DNA from: Eledone cirrhosa
Lineage: Eukaryota
NCBI GenBank assembly: GCA_964016885.1
Contig: OZ024745.1
Coordinates: forward strand, 103,168,001-103,232,000
Length of the DNA: 64,000 nucleotides
Reading direction: 5' to 3'
A program made the position numbers and the translations under genes. Below, in pieces: positions 11,511 to 25,637 of the stretch. The first letter of the stretch is position 1. Every line of letters begins with the position of its first letter. The notes under the pieces are model-generated. The model was not told where the DNA came from, ran no database searches, and saw only the letters and a program-made list of their open reading frames with translations.

Positions 11511-14500
11511 TATATGTATGTATATTAGCAGAGCATGTGTAAGGAATCTAGTGAATTGGATGGGATATTTTTATTTTCTTATTTCAAAATCTGTTGTCAA
11601 TATGTCTCCATTAATGTTGTCATCTTGGTATATTTAAGTTCCTACTCATTCTGTCACTTCTGCTTTAGCAATATATATTATATTGACGTATATTGTCATC
11701 ATATGAACAATGTAATTTAGCCTTTATGTCACAAATATGAGTAACATTTCCTAAAATTCTTTTAATTTTGTATCCTAAATATTAAAATTTATATCACAGA
11801 TTCTACTTCAAGAATAACATGACTGGTCTATGTGACAGAAATTGTCTATTACTTGTATTGAACTCTTACAAAAACACATGACCTTTAGTATTTAAACAAA
11901 AAACTACTGATTACATCTGGTTCATCCACAAAAATATACAAGTACTGTTAAACTATGAATCTATCTATTGTAATTAAGGTACTGACTTAGTCACAACTTC
12001 CTATGTACGTATAGGATGCATAGCATTTAGTAGGTAACCTACTCTTTACTTTCTTGCAAACTGATCTTGGTCATTGATATTGGATTATTTGTGAAGGTGT
12101 TAGAGTATTCAACTGAAGATCATAAGGTTGTGAGTTCGATTCCCAGAGGTGCACTGTGTCCTTGAGCAAGACACTTTATTTCACATTTCTCCAGTCCACT
12201 CAGCTGGCAAAAATGAGTTGTACCCTTAAATTCAAAGGGCCAGTCTTGTTACATTCTGTGTCATGCTGAATCTCCCTGAGAACGACATTATGGGTATGCA
12301 TGTTTGTGGAATACTCAGTCACTTGTATGTTAATTTCACAAGCAAGCTGTTCCGTTGATTGTATCAATTGGAACACTCAGCATCGTAACCAACAGAGTGC
12401 CGCCAATTTGTTTTATGCAACACAACAGATTTAGTTTGTTGCTATGGAAATCCCAAATAAACAACGCTATCTTTATAATAAAAAAATGTAAACATTATTA
12501 AACATTAGCATCAGACACCCTGCTTTGAAGCATAGAGTTATGGCACTTTATATTCTGAGTTCAAATTCCGCTGAGGTTAACTTTGCCTTTCATCCTTACG
12601 AGGTCGATCAAATAAAGTACCAGTAATGCACTGAGGTAATTGCTAGCCTTGTGCTAAGAGTAGAAACAATTATTTTAGGTTTCAATGACAATAATATCAC
12701 AAAAGAGTTATTTTACTTATTTATGAACAACTAATGTTGAACAGATATCTAGTTACTCACCTCTGAATTAGACTACTACATTGGCAATGTGGTAATTAAG
12801 AAGAAGAAAAATACAGACTCTTAAGTTCAAAAGAAAACAAATTAGGATTTTAATATACAAAATATGGCTACTTCGAAATTTCTTCTCAAATTCAGATTGG
12901 TTTCAATTACAACTGAAAACAAAATATATACTTCCTGAATCACTAAATCTCCTGAGTAGGTGAAATGTACTATTCTGGGGATAAATTTACTCTGGATTGG
13001 GGACCTTTACTTTAGGGCCACACTAAATCTAAATCCAGATCCAGTACTGTATAGGAGATTTATCAATGTTTTGGTTAGTAAACAAACATTTTAACCATAG
13101 AGCTATTTTGACTATTCAGTAAGGATGTAAGATCTGTAGCAGTGGAAAGTATCAATATCATGCATCGACAGTTATTAAAGATGTGGTTATCTATGTGTGT
13201 GTAATATATGTACAGATTATGGAAATATGAAAAAAAAATTTAATAAACAAAACCTATTACAGAGAAAATATATGTTTACTGATGTGATAAGTCTGGTAGG
13301 CAGCAATATATATTCTATCAAATGTCTCAAAGAATGACCCCAGAAAATATAACACTTCAATTTCACCTTAATACACAGATGTAAAAGACATCAACTCACT
13401 GTCTATTGTATCTCTATAGATATTTACTGCTATTTAATAATACAATCAGCTGAGCATGTATGAGTGTGTGGCAAAACATTAATAAAATTATAATTGAATA
13501 CTGACAAAAGTATGTATATATTTCAGACAAATATTATCACCATCATCATTTAACGTTCACTTTCCCTGCTAGCAAAGGTAGGACGGATCTACATAGACTA
13601 AGTCAGTAGTACTGACGCAGGTTGGGGAGGTCTGAAGCTCATCTATGTACGATCTTACGTTCTATTGAGTGCACAGGAGAGACTGTCATGTCTTTAACAT
13701 GACTCAAGGGTCGCCCCAACCCTTTGTTTGGCAAGCTTTCTATGAGTGGATGCTCTTCCAATCACCAACCACTTTACAGTGTATACTGGGTGTGTTTATA
13801 ATGTAGAACACCAAACTGAGGGCGATCATGTCTTTGAAATAACTCAAGAGTCCTTTCGACCCTTTGTTTGGCAAAATTTCTATGCATCGATGCCTTTCCT
13901 ATCACCAACCACTTTACAGCGTGTACTGGGTGCATTTATCATGTAGATCAAAGGCTCTCAACGGAAGGGGGGAGGGCGTTTCAGAGCTCCAAGCTCTTTT
14001 GGAGCAAGGGGGCATGGGGGGGGCGTTTGAGGCTTTGGGGGGCGCTGGAAGCCACTTTAGTATGGTAAGTTTTAAAAGTCATATTTGTACGTCTCTTAGA
14101 CAGCCAGTGTGAATGCATTTGAATGAAGAAAACGAAGAAAATAAATAAAAGAAGCTTGTCAACGAATTCCATAGGGAGATAAAAGAAAAACAAAGGAGAT
14201 AAAAGAAAATGAAAATAAGAACATCAACTTTGACAACAGTTACAAGAACAATTTCAACAGAAATGACAACAAAAAAGAAGCAACGGTGATGAAAGGTGTT
14301 GGTGTATACTTATACATACATACGAACATACACACACATGCATACGAATATACATGATGATGGCTGCCCCCTCAGTATGGCCATTGCACGAGAAAAAAAA
14401 CAAAAAAAAAACATAATAACAATAATAATAATAATTGTTTCTACTTTAGGCACAAGGCCAGCAATTACCCAGTACATTACTGGTACTTTATTTTATCGAC

Positions 14501-14647
14501 CCCATAAGGATGAAAGGCAAAGTTAACAATAATAATAATAACAACAATAATAATAACGACAACAACAACAATAATAATATGCATATATATATATATATAC
14601 ACACGCACACACACAAACATATCTATACACACACACACGATAGCAAT

Positions 14648-14850
14648 TAACAGCGCTGCGATCGAATGTGACTTTTTAGTCCAGCCAATGATCTAAAATG
14701 TCTTGCACAGAGTCGGCAACCAAAACATTCACTGGGAATAGCCAGCTGTGGTTGGAGTTCATGTACTTTTGCATGTCGTTTGAGCCCTCCTGCTGATTTA
14801 CATTCTCTACCACATGCTTGGCAAGCATGATGAGTAGCATCTCCAACAGC
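14648..14850 (-). pseudogene. LINE C-terminal double C2H2 zinc-finger fragment (RTE/BovB-like)
   Basis: CQACGRECKSAGGLKRHAKVH...CRLCARHFRSLAGLKSH. A paralogous fragment lies at 26476-26658; a matching GGCAGCCA terminus at about 14355-14385. Confidence 0.6.
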
Positions 14851-15190
14851 ATATATACATACACACATACATACATACATACATACATACATACACACAG
14901 GCTTACATTAGTGCTTGATGAGGTTGAGAACCTGGTCAGCTTTCAGCCAGAGATGCGGTATTTAATCTCCCTAGGTATTAAAATCTGGAGACAGAATTTT
15001 CTCTGTGCTGAAAAAAAACAACATAAATAATCATGTCAACATCCTTACACACTTAAATATAAATGCATGTGTATATACAAATGTATAAATGCATAGCTAT
15101 ATACATACGTAAATGTATGTATGTATATATGTATGTATGTAGATTTATATATATATATATGTGTGTGTGTATAATATATATATATATATA

Positions 15191-15262
15191 AGCCATCGAA
15201 ACGGCTAGAGCTCTGCCGTCGAAACGGCTTGAGCTCTGCCGTCGGGGTCATACATTTTCCTA
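15191..15262 (+). repeat. Family A fragment with tandemly duplicated hammerhead helix III
   Basis: GCC(A/G)TCGAAACGGCT(A/T)GAGCTCT twice, then GCCGTCGGGGTCATACATTTTCC. Flanked by (TA)n. Confidence 0.7.
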
Positions 15263-15269
15263 TATATAT

Positions 15270-15646
15270 ATATTGTTATGCTTTGGGAGGGTCATGTTGC
15301 CAATAAGAAACACACGCACCAGTTGCTTTCACTTCAATTTATTATAAATTAAATTATAAATTTAAAAAATGTTTAAATTTATAAATTTCTGATTGGTTGG
15401 TTGGTTACACAACCGGACGGTTGTTCATATATTGTCAAAGTTCTTTCGTCACACAAAAACAAGATAGCGTAGGACAGAACAAAGGAGAGGCACAAAACAA
15501 AGAAAAAATCCCCAGTCACTGAAGAGGTCACAGAATGTGTGACGAAAGAACTTTGACAATATATGAACAACCGTCCGGTTGTGGAACCAACCAACCAACC
15601 GGAAATTTATAAATTCTTAAATTTATAAATTTAATTTATAATAAAT
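15270..15646. mobile_element. Penelope-pLTR-like fold-back element, family B
   Basis: 15337-15455 is inverted against 15536-15646. Starts at (TA)n. Related to 39648-39895. Confidence 0.7.
15515..15557 (+). ncRNA. Minimal type-I hammerhead ribozyme
   Basis: GTCA-CTGAAGA-g-GTCACA(gaatg)TGTGAC-GAAA-GAAC-T-T-TGAC. Helices I and II pair; helix III is minimal. Confidence 0.7.
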
Positions 15647-16492
15647 CCGACCAGGGCACCTCAAGGAGTTGACATTCCCCCCCCCCCTCTCCGCTGAAGC
15701 CGGGCGCCGCCTTCTGAGTGCAATTGTGGCACTCACCAATAGGCTCATCCATGGTGCTCTGGACCGTTACGCTCGAGGCCTCTTTTTTTCGGCAGGCCTC
15801 ACTGCTCCACTGGCACATAACTAGACAATCATAGCCTGCAAATCAGCGTTTCCCTGAGGCTCGGCCTCCGGATCTGCCAGCCACACCAATGTCGCTGCAG
15901 TTCCACCGTTGACTCTTTTGGCCTCCACCCGCTTTCCTGTCGCCACAGTGCCAGCCGCCTTCCACGCCATGCTGCCCTCAACGATGTCATTAAGCATGGC
16001 TTGGACGCTGTAGGCTTCCCTTCCCAGCTCGAGCTGGTGAAGCTGGATCGAGGGAATGGCAAAAGGCCAGATGGCATGACCATCTTCCCATTCTGCGGTG
16101 GAAAACCCTTCATCTGGGATGCCACTTGCACCAACACTTTCTGCAGCCACAACCTGGTGCAGTCTGCGACTGACCTAGGTTCTGCTGCACGTCGGGCTGA
16201 GGGGGCCAAACTTCTCAAATACTGGTCGCTCTCCGACAGGTTTGCGGTCATACCCCTGGCAGTGGAGACTTCTGGTGTCCTCGGCCCCAGGGCTACCTCC
16301 TTACTCACCACCATAGGCACTGAGCTGGCCAGCCGCAGGTGTGAGACCCACGAGTCCAGCACGTCTCCCTTGCCATCCTCCGGGGAAATGCCTTCTCCAT
16401 TCTGTCTGCCGGGGCTGTAGGTGGGCACCATCTACAGCGTACCGTTGTAGTTGTTGTATACAGATATTAACTCATCAATCCCATTGTCCTAA
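15647..16492 (+). pseudogene. 3' fragment of CRE-clade non-LTR retrotransposon (CCHC knuckle and restriction-like endonuclease)
   Basis: HQCRCSSTVDSFGLHPLSC..RH, GKRPDG, IWDATC, KY, PLAVETSGVLGP. GC-rich island. Paralog at 49810-50685. Confidence 0.8.
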
Positions 16493-16869
16493 TATGAATG
16501 ACGTATTGTTGGAATATACGCAAGTCATTTTACGGACACTGCATACTTAAACATTTCTATCTTCAAAATCAGTAGTATATTGAAAAATGGAATATAGGGT
16601 AGGGGGCATTTCGTGATTTTGAGGGTCAAAAGAGGGCGTTTGGCCGAAATGGGTTGAGAACCTTTGATGTAGATCCCCAATACTAGAGATGTTGTGGCAT
16701 GTCGTGAATGAAGGGTCCTCTCTGCACCCCCACCCCCTATCTATCCTTTTGAGGTTTATAAAATAAAGTACTAGTCAATTTCTTTGGTTGATTTAATCAC
16801 AACCCCCACAAAAAAAGCAATTGCTAGCCTTGTGCCTAAATTAGAAACCATTAATTTAAAAAAAAATAT

Positions 16870-17960
16870 TTTGGCGTTTGTGCATCTGTAGAAAGCTTTT
16901 GATGAGGTTCTATGTGAAGTAGTGACATGAGCGTTGAGAGAGTTAGGACTGGAAGAATGGATGTTTAGAATAGCAATGAGTAGGGACAGGGACAGAGATA
17001 TGTTTGAAGTGAAGGTTGGAGTATATCAAGGAGATTAATATGAAGTCCAATACTATTTGTAGCTGTGATTGAGGTACTAATCCAAAGTGTAAAGGAGGGT
17101 TTATCTTGGGTGTTGTTGTACATAGATGACCTGGTGCTAATAGCAGAGAGTATGGGTGAACTGAGGGAGAAGATGAATAGGTGAAAGGAATGTATGGAGG
17201 TGAAAAATATGACGGTATCAGAAAGACAAAGGTGATGGCATGTGGTGAGCATTTGATGAGAGGGAAATGACAGGAAGCTGATTGTGTGTAGGAATGGTGT
17301 TAGAATGAACTCCATTAAATATTTGATATGGTGGGTACATTCAAAATGCAATGGTTTGACAGGATTATTAAATAACATGGCAGCTATATTTATGTGTAAA
17401 GTCTGTATGGAGAGAGTTACAGATGGAGAGGATGCTGAGCTCGATCTTAAGAATGGTGTGAAGATGGAAGGTGTGAAAATATTTTGTTACCTTTGAGACA
17501 TGTTAAATAGAGAGGGCGGATCAAACTCTACAACAGTATCTTTCAATGCAGGAAAGAAGAACTGAGTGGTGTGCTAATGAGGAGAGGAGCGTTGCTGAAA
17601 CTGAAGTGTAACATGTATGTTGCAGTAGGATGGTTTATGGGAGCGAGACATGAGTGATAGAAATGATGTAAATAAGAATGGTTCAATAGATGATTGGAGT
17701 ATCACAGAGAGAAGAAAACAATTGCAGAGTATGATGGGAATAGAACCAGTGATGAATGTTGTGAAGAGAAATGGAAGGAGATGGTTGGGTCATGTGTTAA
17801 AGAAGGATGAATGTAACTGAGTGAGAGGAGTGATGGAAATAAATGTAGAAGGAAATGAAGGAAGGAGAAGGCCAAGAAAGTCATGTCTAAAATTAATGAA
17901 GGAGGAAATGTAAGCTAGGATGAAATAAAAATGATGTCATAGGGCCTGTAAGGAAAGATG
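16870..17960 (+). pseudogene. Ancient, heavily degraded RTE LINE
   Basis: AFVHL*KAFD, LLYIDDLVLIAES, CRNGVRMNSI..WVHSKC and RWLGHV remnants across frames. Confidence 0.75.
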
Positions 17961-18072
17961 ATGTTAACTATTAATGGATTGTACCGCATGAAACTGCTTT
18001 AACAAGACATTTTTGAAAATTACAAAACAGCATCACATTAAATATTAAAGTCAGTTTTTATTATTAATACTA

Positions 18073-18468
18073 GTGCGGTGGATTGGCAGTATTGGCAGAG
18101 AATTGGACGCCATGCTTTGCAGCACAGTTACTTCCCTTTACGGGCTGAGTTCAAATCCCGCCAAGGTTAACTTTGCCTTTCATCCTTACGGGGTCGATAA
18201 AATAAAGTACCAGTAATGTATTGAGTAATTGTTGGCCTTGTGCCAAAAGTAGAAACAATTATTATTACTGGGGCAGTGGATTTGGCAGTACCATAGAGTT
18301 ACATCCCTTTACGGTCTGGGTTCAAATCCCAGGAAGGTTAGCTTTGCCTTTCGTCCTTATGGGGTCGATAAAATAAAGTACCAGTAATGCACTGGGGTCG
18401 ATTTGGTCGGCTTTCCCCCTCCCCCAAAATTGCTGGCCTTGTGCCTAAAGTAGAAACAATTATTATTA
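18073..18468 (+). mobile_element. Two head-to-tail SINE copies (5615 family)
   Basis: Two GGCGGTGGATTGGCAGT-like heads, each ending GTAGAAACAATTATTATT. Confidence 0.85.
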
Positions 18469-18805
18469 CTAGAATGATCATTTTGATTGTTATTAGAATT
18501 ATTGTCGATAGTACTGTGATTATGATGATGATATTGAACATTCGATCAATATATTATTCATTTTACTATAGCAACTGTACTGATAAATTAGCCTGTAAAA
18601 TGATTCTTCTTCAGTATGAGCAGAAATATAAAACTGTACAAAGAGATTATTTTTGTTATTGATGACAGTGTCTGGTTTCTATTAGTGCAGTTAGTTACCT
18701 ATTTCAAGGTTTAAACAAATAATATCTTCCTAACATTAACTAATCTGTTCTATGGTCATCTGATAATAACTTGCTAATTGACATATCTCATTTTGTTTAT
18801 ATTTC

Positions 18806-18999
18806 AATTATTGTTTCTACTTTTGGCACAAGGCCAGCAAATACCCAGTGTATTACTGGTACTTTATTTTATCGACCCCATAAGGATGAAAGGAAAAGTT
18901 AACCTCGGCGGGATTTGAACTCAGAATGGCAAGGGCCGTAACTCTTTGCGTCAAAGCATGGCGTCCGACCCTCTACCGATACTGCCAATCCACCGCCCT
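18806..18999 (-). mobile_element. SINE (5615 family, deletion subfamily)
   Basis: Well-preserved full-length reverse copy. Confidence 0.85.
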
Positions 19000-19228
19000 T
19001 ATCAATAATAAGGATAAAACGATGACAGATTTTTTTTTTTTTTTTTAATAATGTGAAAGAAAGATAATGAACAAAGTAGCTTTACAAATTATTAAAATGT
19101 GTTGCATAATCTATTCTTGCAATTATTTTTTTGTTTTTTGTCTGAAGGTAGGAGCAGTGCCCAAAGCTTTCACAGTCTCCTCACTCTCACAAGACTAAAA
19201 AGATCAATACTGTTAATGTTCTGTTTAA

Positions 19229-19449
19229 TCCTTTAGTATTTAAACTGGCCATATCCTGCCAGAATTCTCTCACTTCTTTCTGTTCAAACCAGCTGTAACT
19301 GGCTGCTCATACTGATGTTAAGGTATTGTTCTAAAAAAAAATAATATCAAAATCTCATAGATTCTATATTATGTGATATAACTATGTGAGATAAAGCCTT
19401 TACTGTGAAAATATAATTGTATATATAGAATTATGCAAATGCTAAAGGG
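19229..19449 (-). mobile_element. piggyBac-like MITE
   Basis: Reverse copy of 3382-3602 with TTAA on both sides. Confidence 0.8.
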
Positions 19450-19856
19450 TTAAACTCTTGCAGGTTCATTCCTTTTGCGAATACATGAGTAGGGAGAGAG
19501 TTCCAGAGGGACAATGTTCTTGACTGGAAGGATTGAGCATATTGGTTATTACAGGACCTAAGGAAGGGATGTGGGCATAAGAAATGAGAGGGGGATAAAT
19601 TAGTGAGTTAGAAGTGCATGAGATTAGCAATTAAATTCCATCCAAAAAACTTCCAAATAATTTCTGTCTATACAATTTCATACTCACCTGCAGGCTGAGA
19701 TGCTACACAGTAAGATTGAATGTGTTATCTCATGATTGCAGAGCAAACTTCTTAACCATTCAATCATGCCTTGTCCCAGTCTCACTCCTATATAGTTGGT
19801 TGACTTTGTCTTTTAGTCTTCTTCAAGTATTTTAGTATTTACATTACTCTATATAT

Positions 19857-20352
19857 ATCATCATCATCAGGTTTAGCGTCCGTGTTCCACGCTTGCATGG
19901 GTTTGGACGGGGGTTTTCCCACTTGAGGCAAGAGTGGTTGTCTTGCTCGCATAGGACTGTCTGGCGGGTTTTCTACAGTTGGATGCCCTTCCTAACACCA
20001 ACCACATTTACAGTGTGGGGCTGGGAGGTTTTTACCGTGTTGCCTACACGGCCACATTACAGCGTGGACTGTCTGGCGGGTTTTCTACGGCTGGATGCCC
20101 TTCCTAACACCAACCACATTTACAGTGTGGGGCTGGGAGGTTTTTACCGTGTTGCCTACACGGCCACATTTACAGCATGGACTGTGTGTTTTTTGTCGTG
20201 ACACCTACACGATCTCATTTGTTTCGGCCTGGATGTTGTGGGACCAACATAACTGTACATTGAAAGGGGCGGTGTGGATGGGGTGGAGGTGGTGGGACGG
20301 GGAGGTGTTTTGATAGAGATGCCTACTGACTGTAGTAGGTTTTTACTTTGTA
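19857..20352 (-). mobile_element. RTE 3' UTR-only insertion, nested in a TTAA MITE (about 19830-20625)
   Basis: Reverse complement of 34333-34710 with an internal duplication of about 110 bp. MITE halves flank it. Confidence 0.85.
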
Positions 20353-20852
20353 TTTATATACTGCTATATTTACTATTATATATTATTACTATTATATATT
20401 TACTATTATATATATATATACTGCTATATTTACTATTATATATTTTCATGGTAAAAGCTTTACCTCATATAATTATCTCACATAATATTGAATCTATGAG
20501 ATTTTGATATTATTTATTTTGAGAACAATACCTTAACATCAGTATGAGTGGCTGGTTACAGCTGGTTTGAACAGAAAAAGGTGAGAGAATTCTGGCCGGA
20601 TACGGCCGGTTTAAATGCTAAAGGTTTAAAAAGATTTGTACCAGAAATCATTGTCATTCTACCTCTGTTTTCCCATGCTTGTCATTATTTATTTGAAATT
20701 CCTCTCTTCCAAGATAAGTTGGAGATCCATATCTTGCTCAGTATGTTCCCTTTTTGGTATGATTTCTCTGGCTGGATACTTTTCTTAATGCCAATCACTT
20801 TACAGAATATACTGGGTACATTTTATCATTGTACCAGCACTAGAGAGTTTGC

Positions 20853-21184
20853 CATCATCATCATCATCATCATCATTTTATGTCCGCTTTACCCTGCTTG
20901 CAAGGGTGGGATGGGTCCTCTTCAACACAGCATCTCTCCATTCGTCACGGTCCTTTGTCATCCCCTCCGTGAGCCTCAGCGATCTGAGGTCAGCTCTCAC
21001 CCACTCTGCCCATGTTTTTCGGAGTCTTCCTCGACTGTGTCTTCCTTCTACTGGGGTTTCTTGGCAATTCTTTACCCAGCGGTCATCCTTCATATGCATC
21101 ACATGTCCATACCAATGCAGTCTTCTCTCCTGCACACTACAACCTATCCCTCTTATACACAGTTTCTCTCTCAACTCGTCTATG
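20853..21184 (-). mobile_element. 5'-truncated RTE LINE (short-UTR subfamily)
   Basis: ORF 20878-21174 (RLHWYGHV...KRTHPTLASRVKRT) runs into the (TGA)n tail. Confidence 0.88.
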
Positions 21185-23204
21185 TGACTGAAAAATCCTT
21201 TCTACTCTTCAGTCAACATTTGAAGGTTGAGCACCGGCTGGGAATGAATACCAGAATAATAGAATTGATTAATATCATTTTTGTTCTCTCACAACTTTAT
21301 TTCTAGTTAGAATTTTATGAATCTATGCATTAAATATTTCCATACTAAATTACACGTTTTCTTAGTCATCAATTTTAATTCGATACACATCTAGAATGTT
21401 TTATTGGAATGTTAAATTGACACCAATACTTGATTGGTATTTTATTTCAGTGACCTGGATGGATGAAAGGAAAAGTTGAACTCTACAAGATAAACATAAT
21501 AGCTTGTAATTAAATACTGCACACATTTTGTCCAAATGCTCTATTCTGCATGACATAAAATATCCATGTCTGAAGAATGCTGGAATTAAATTTAGGCTAT
21601 TCATCAAATTTTCAATTTTAACATTGCAGTTGGTTTGCATCACTTATTCATAGCTATTGATAGGTCTATAAAATTGAATACTTTCATCTATTATTAGAGT
21701 TGATAATATGCTGTTAGTAATCAATTCACAATAATTAAATTGAAATACTGGAAATTATTTCAAGTTAATTTCAATATTTATGAAATGTATAATAAATATG
21801 AACACTAAAAATCTAATGCAATCTTAATGTATAATACAAACCAAAGAAAATCTAAATTAATATAGTTAACTGAATATAAAATTGTACCACTAACAAAATT
21901 GTGTGTGAGTGTGTGTGTGTATATATATATAGATATTTATATATATGTGTATGCGTGTTTGTGTATATATGTGTGTGTGTGTATACAGTTTAGGTAAAAA
22001 TCAAAGATTTTAATTCAAATCATTTTATTAATTTATACATCAGTTTCAATTTAAAGAAATGTATTTGCAAACATCAATAATAATTTGCATGATAAACTTC
22101 TTTGATTTTAAATTTGGTAATAGTAGAGTAGCATTTGTTGAATATAATAGCTACACCTACCTAGGTCATAAGTACACTAAAATAAAAAGAAAATAAATAA
22201 TAAATTCACCAGCCTACTTTATTACCCCCTGTAAATTGAAGCTGATGATCAGAATTAGCATCTTCACTCTTTTATTCCCACTAGGAATAGATTGGATGTT
22301 TTTTGGAATTTACACATCACACTTATGTCTTACACATATATATGTTTAGCTTGCTTCTTATGAGGCAGCATTTCAGGTTTCTTTGTTGTTTTGATAATAG
22401 GGGTCCCAATCCTATTATAAAAAGTAACATGAAATGAAGTTCTTGCTCAAGAACACGATAAGCTGTCCAGTCCAGAAGTCAAAACTCTAACCTTATGATT
22501 GAGTCCAACACCCTAACCACAAGACCACATGTATCATGCAAGATTAAAGAGAACTGACAATTTCATGTGAGTTTCTACAGCTTCACTAGGTGTACCTTCA
22601 TGTTCCTAAAATATGTGCAGCATTATATATTTTTATTTTTGTGTGATAAGGGAGTGTAGATGCATATTAGTGTATTGTATTAATTTTGTTTTGTTATGGG
22701 ACCTAGCTTGCTGTCTCTGGCGTTATTATCGTTTTTGTTTTCCTGTATAGTGAGTTGTGATTTTCTGTTAGGAGGTGAATATCTTTCATATGGGCTGAGT
22801 TATGTGTTGGATGGTGATTGTGTAGAGTTTGTGGTGTTTGGTTTATGTAGCATTAATGAGTTGCAGCTGATAGAGTAGTGGTGGAAGGAGGTGTGAGTCA
22901 TAGGGGTGATACCAGTCTCAATGTTGACAAAGATGTATATGCCTCACCCACCCCATTATTTTTCAAATGCAACAGCAGATTTGAAAAACAAAAAAGAAAA
23001 TGACCATTAAACAAATACTGTTTCAAACACTTTTATTTTGAAAAGTTAAAAAAAGTAGTGAAAACATCATCTTAAGCTTTTTGTTGTATTTTTAATGAAA
23101 TACATTATTTATGTATTTCAATCGTATTTGAAAATAATCAAGAATTTGAAAAGATTTCATAAAATAATTTATTGCAGCTTGACTCTCTCAAAGTATAACA
23201 GTTT

Positions 23205-23592
23205 ATTGTGGATTGGCAGTATCGGTAGAGGGTCTGATGCTATGCTTTGCAGCAAAGAGTTACGGCCCTTGCCATTCTGAGTTCAAATCCCGCCGAGGTT
23301 AACTTTGCCTTTCATCCTTATGGGGTCGATAAAATAAAGTACCAGTAATACACTGGGATAATTGCTGGCCTTGTGCCAAAAGTAGAAGCAATTATTATTA
23401 AACTATTGAGGATGGTGGATTGGTGGAATCAGTAGAGCGTCGGACAACATGCTTTGTGGCATAGAGTTACGCCCCTTTACGTTATGAGAATAGCTTTGCC
23501 TTTCATCCTTATGGGGGTCAATAAATAAAGTACCAGTAATGTACTGGGGTTCAAATTGCTGGCCTTGTGCCTAAAGTAGAAATAATTATTAT
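23205..23592 (+). mobile_element. Two head-to-tail SINE copies (5615 family)
   Basis: Same architecture as 18073-18468. Confidence 0.8.
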
Positions 23593-25286
23593 TAAACTGC
23601 TGTTAAGAAAATAATTGAACAAAAGTTCTTTATAAAAAAGTATGATGGAAGGATTAAATTTAAATATGAACATTTTGAAAATGATAGGTTGTGTTTTAGG
23701 ACCAAAAGAAGTCTTTGGTAGGTCAGTATCAAAAGAGTTAAATGACAAAAACTATAAACAATGAGAGCAGCAATTAAAACAGTAGCTCATCATTGGTTAG
23801 AATTGCAGGTTAAAGAGTCTAAGTAATGCACATCAGCTTTCTCTGGTCAAAGGAAATGTAAAGAAGAGACCTGGAGATTTTGTCCCAGAATAGGCAAAGA
23901 CAAAATTATCATACTTTTGTATTGCCAAAGAAAAAAAAAGGGGAGTGGTTTTCATATGTCCTCAAAAAAAGTGTTTGAAGGAAATCTGATTGACATATGA
24001 ATGGATATTTGCTCCTTGGACTGGGGAAGGGCAGATTGAAGTGTATGTAGGTTAAGGGCAAGGCTAAGACATGAAGATCTCATATACTACATACCTTTCA
24101 CCAGGATGAAGCATATTACATTGGGAAGAGAAATACAAAGCTTGGTATTTGGCTTGACATCCTTCATGTTATTAGGACGATATAATCGGCTTTTCTTCCT
24201 CCAAACTGTGTATTCTTTTGTTAGAAACTATTATGAGAGGCAGTGGATAGCAGAATTAGTCAAATATTTAGTTGTCTCTTTTTATGTTTAACTTTGTGTT
24301 TTAATCATCTTTGGATTTGGCAAATCCATATTATTTATTCTAAGACCAAATAAGATATTAAATACAAAATACATTTAAGAATTAGTCCAAATATGATTTT
24401 TTTTTCTATTATGAAAAATTATTAAAAGGTAGCTTAGATGCTATTTAAAGAAAATGCTACATAACTAATAATAGAACTTCTTATTAATTCACTTCATCCT
24501 TAAACACTTTCAGAATGGAATAGTGATGGCACCAGGCGTTTTCAAATTTCACTTATATGTGAGCACAGCATTTAAATTCAAAACCATATACTTAGAAGAC
24601 AGAAAAAAGAACAAACATCTCACAGTTCTTTTATACATATGTTAAATTATAGCACTGAAAGGGTGAGGTAAAGTTAAATTGACAAATACTCTTCCAATAT
24701 TATTATATTTTTCTGACTAGTTGAAAATTGTTGCACTTAATATCTACTGCTTTTTTTTTAATAGTTTATCAAACACACAGACACACACACACACACATAC
24801 ACACACACACATGCACATATATAAATTTGAAAAAATGTCTTGTGTGGCTAAGATCACACAATGAGTAAAAAAGGTGGACGAAAACAATGGAAAATAGATA
24901 AAAACACAGAACAGTCCCATCTCATCAGTCAACCACTTGGGCTCCTCTTGGTTTTGATGCTTTAAGGTTGATACCACTAACACCAGTGCACATGGGACAG
25001 TAAGAAATGGACACAGGACAAGATGAGGTTTAATGACTATTTACAAATAAATAAAATTTGCTACAAACCAATGTGCTGCAACAGGAAATAAGAGATAGAG
25101 ACAAGCCAACATTAGAAAAGAAGAGAAAGTATGCACAGAAGGTGATGTGAGAATGTGGAAGAGACAGAGAATATACAAACATTGGTAAAAACATTTTTAA
25201 AATCGTTTGTTTGGATTATATTGGGCCTGTCCTGTGTTTTGCCTGTTTTCCTATTATATAGGTGTGTATATCTATCTATTTATCTA

Positions 25287-25320
<34 letters not shown>

Positions 25321-25637
25321 CAAGTTTATCCCGAGTTCAATCGGGGTTAACCACAGTAGGTAAGGTACTCAATACATAGAGTATAAATATTTAATATAGG
25401 AATGGCTTCTACAGGACTAGAACTGTTTCATTCAGGAGAAATCACCAGGAAGCCAACTTTTAAAGAATTCCCTTTTCTTTAAATCCATCAACCAATGACC
25501 TCCATCCTTCCCCATCATCACCTTCTCCTACTACGAGAAAAGGTATAAATACCACCATACTACTTGGACAGTCGGCTTCCTGATGATTTCTCCTGAATGA
25601 AACAGTTCTAGTCCTGTAGAAGCCATTTCTATATTAA

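Larger units (their letters stand above)
13949..16666. mobile_element. Non-autonomous hAT (Charlie-like) element containing nested repeats
   Basis: TIRs CAAAGGCTCTCAAC / GTTGAGAACCTTTG (13/14 match). Perfect 8-bp TSD ATGTAGAT at 13941-13948 and 16667-16674. Confidence 0.85.

Noticed and set aside
14647-14898. Host C2H2 zinc-finger gene exon
   Set aside because: It is bounded by microsatellites, has a paralogous truncated copy at 26476, and ends like a LINE terminus.
20548-21306. 252-aa ORF
   Set aside because: Chance read-through of a MITE, a degraded repeat and an antisense RTE fragment.
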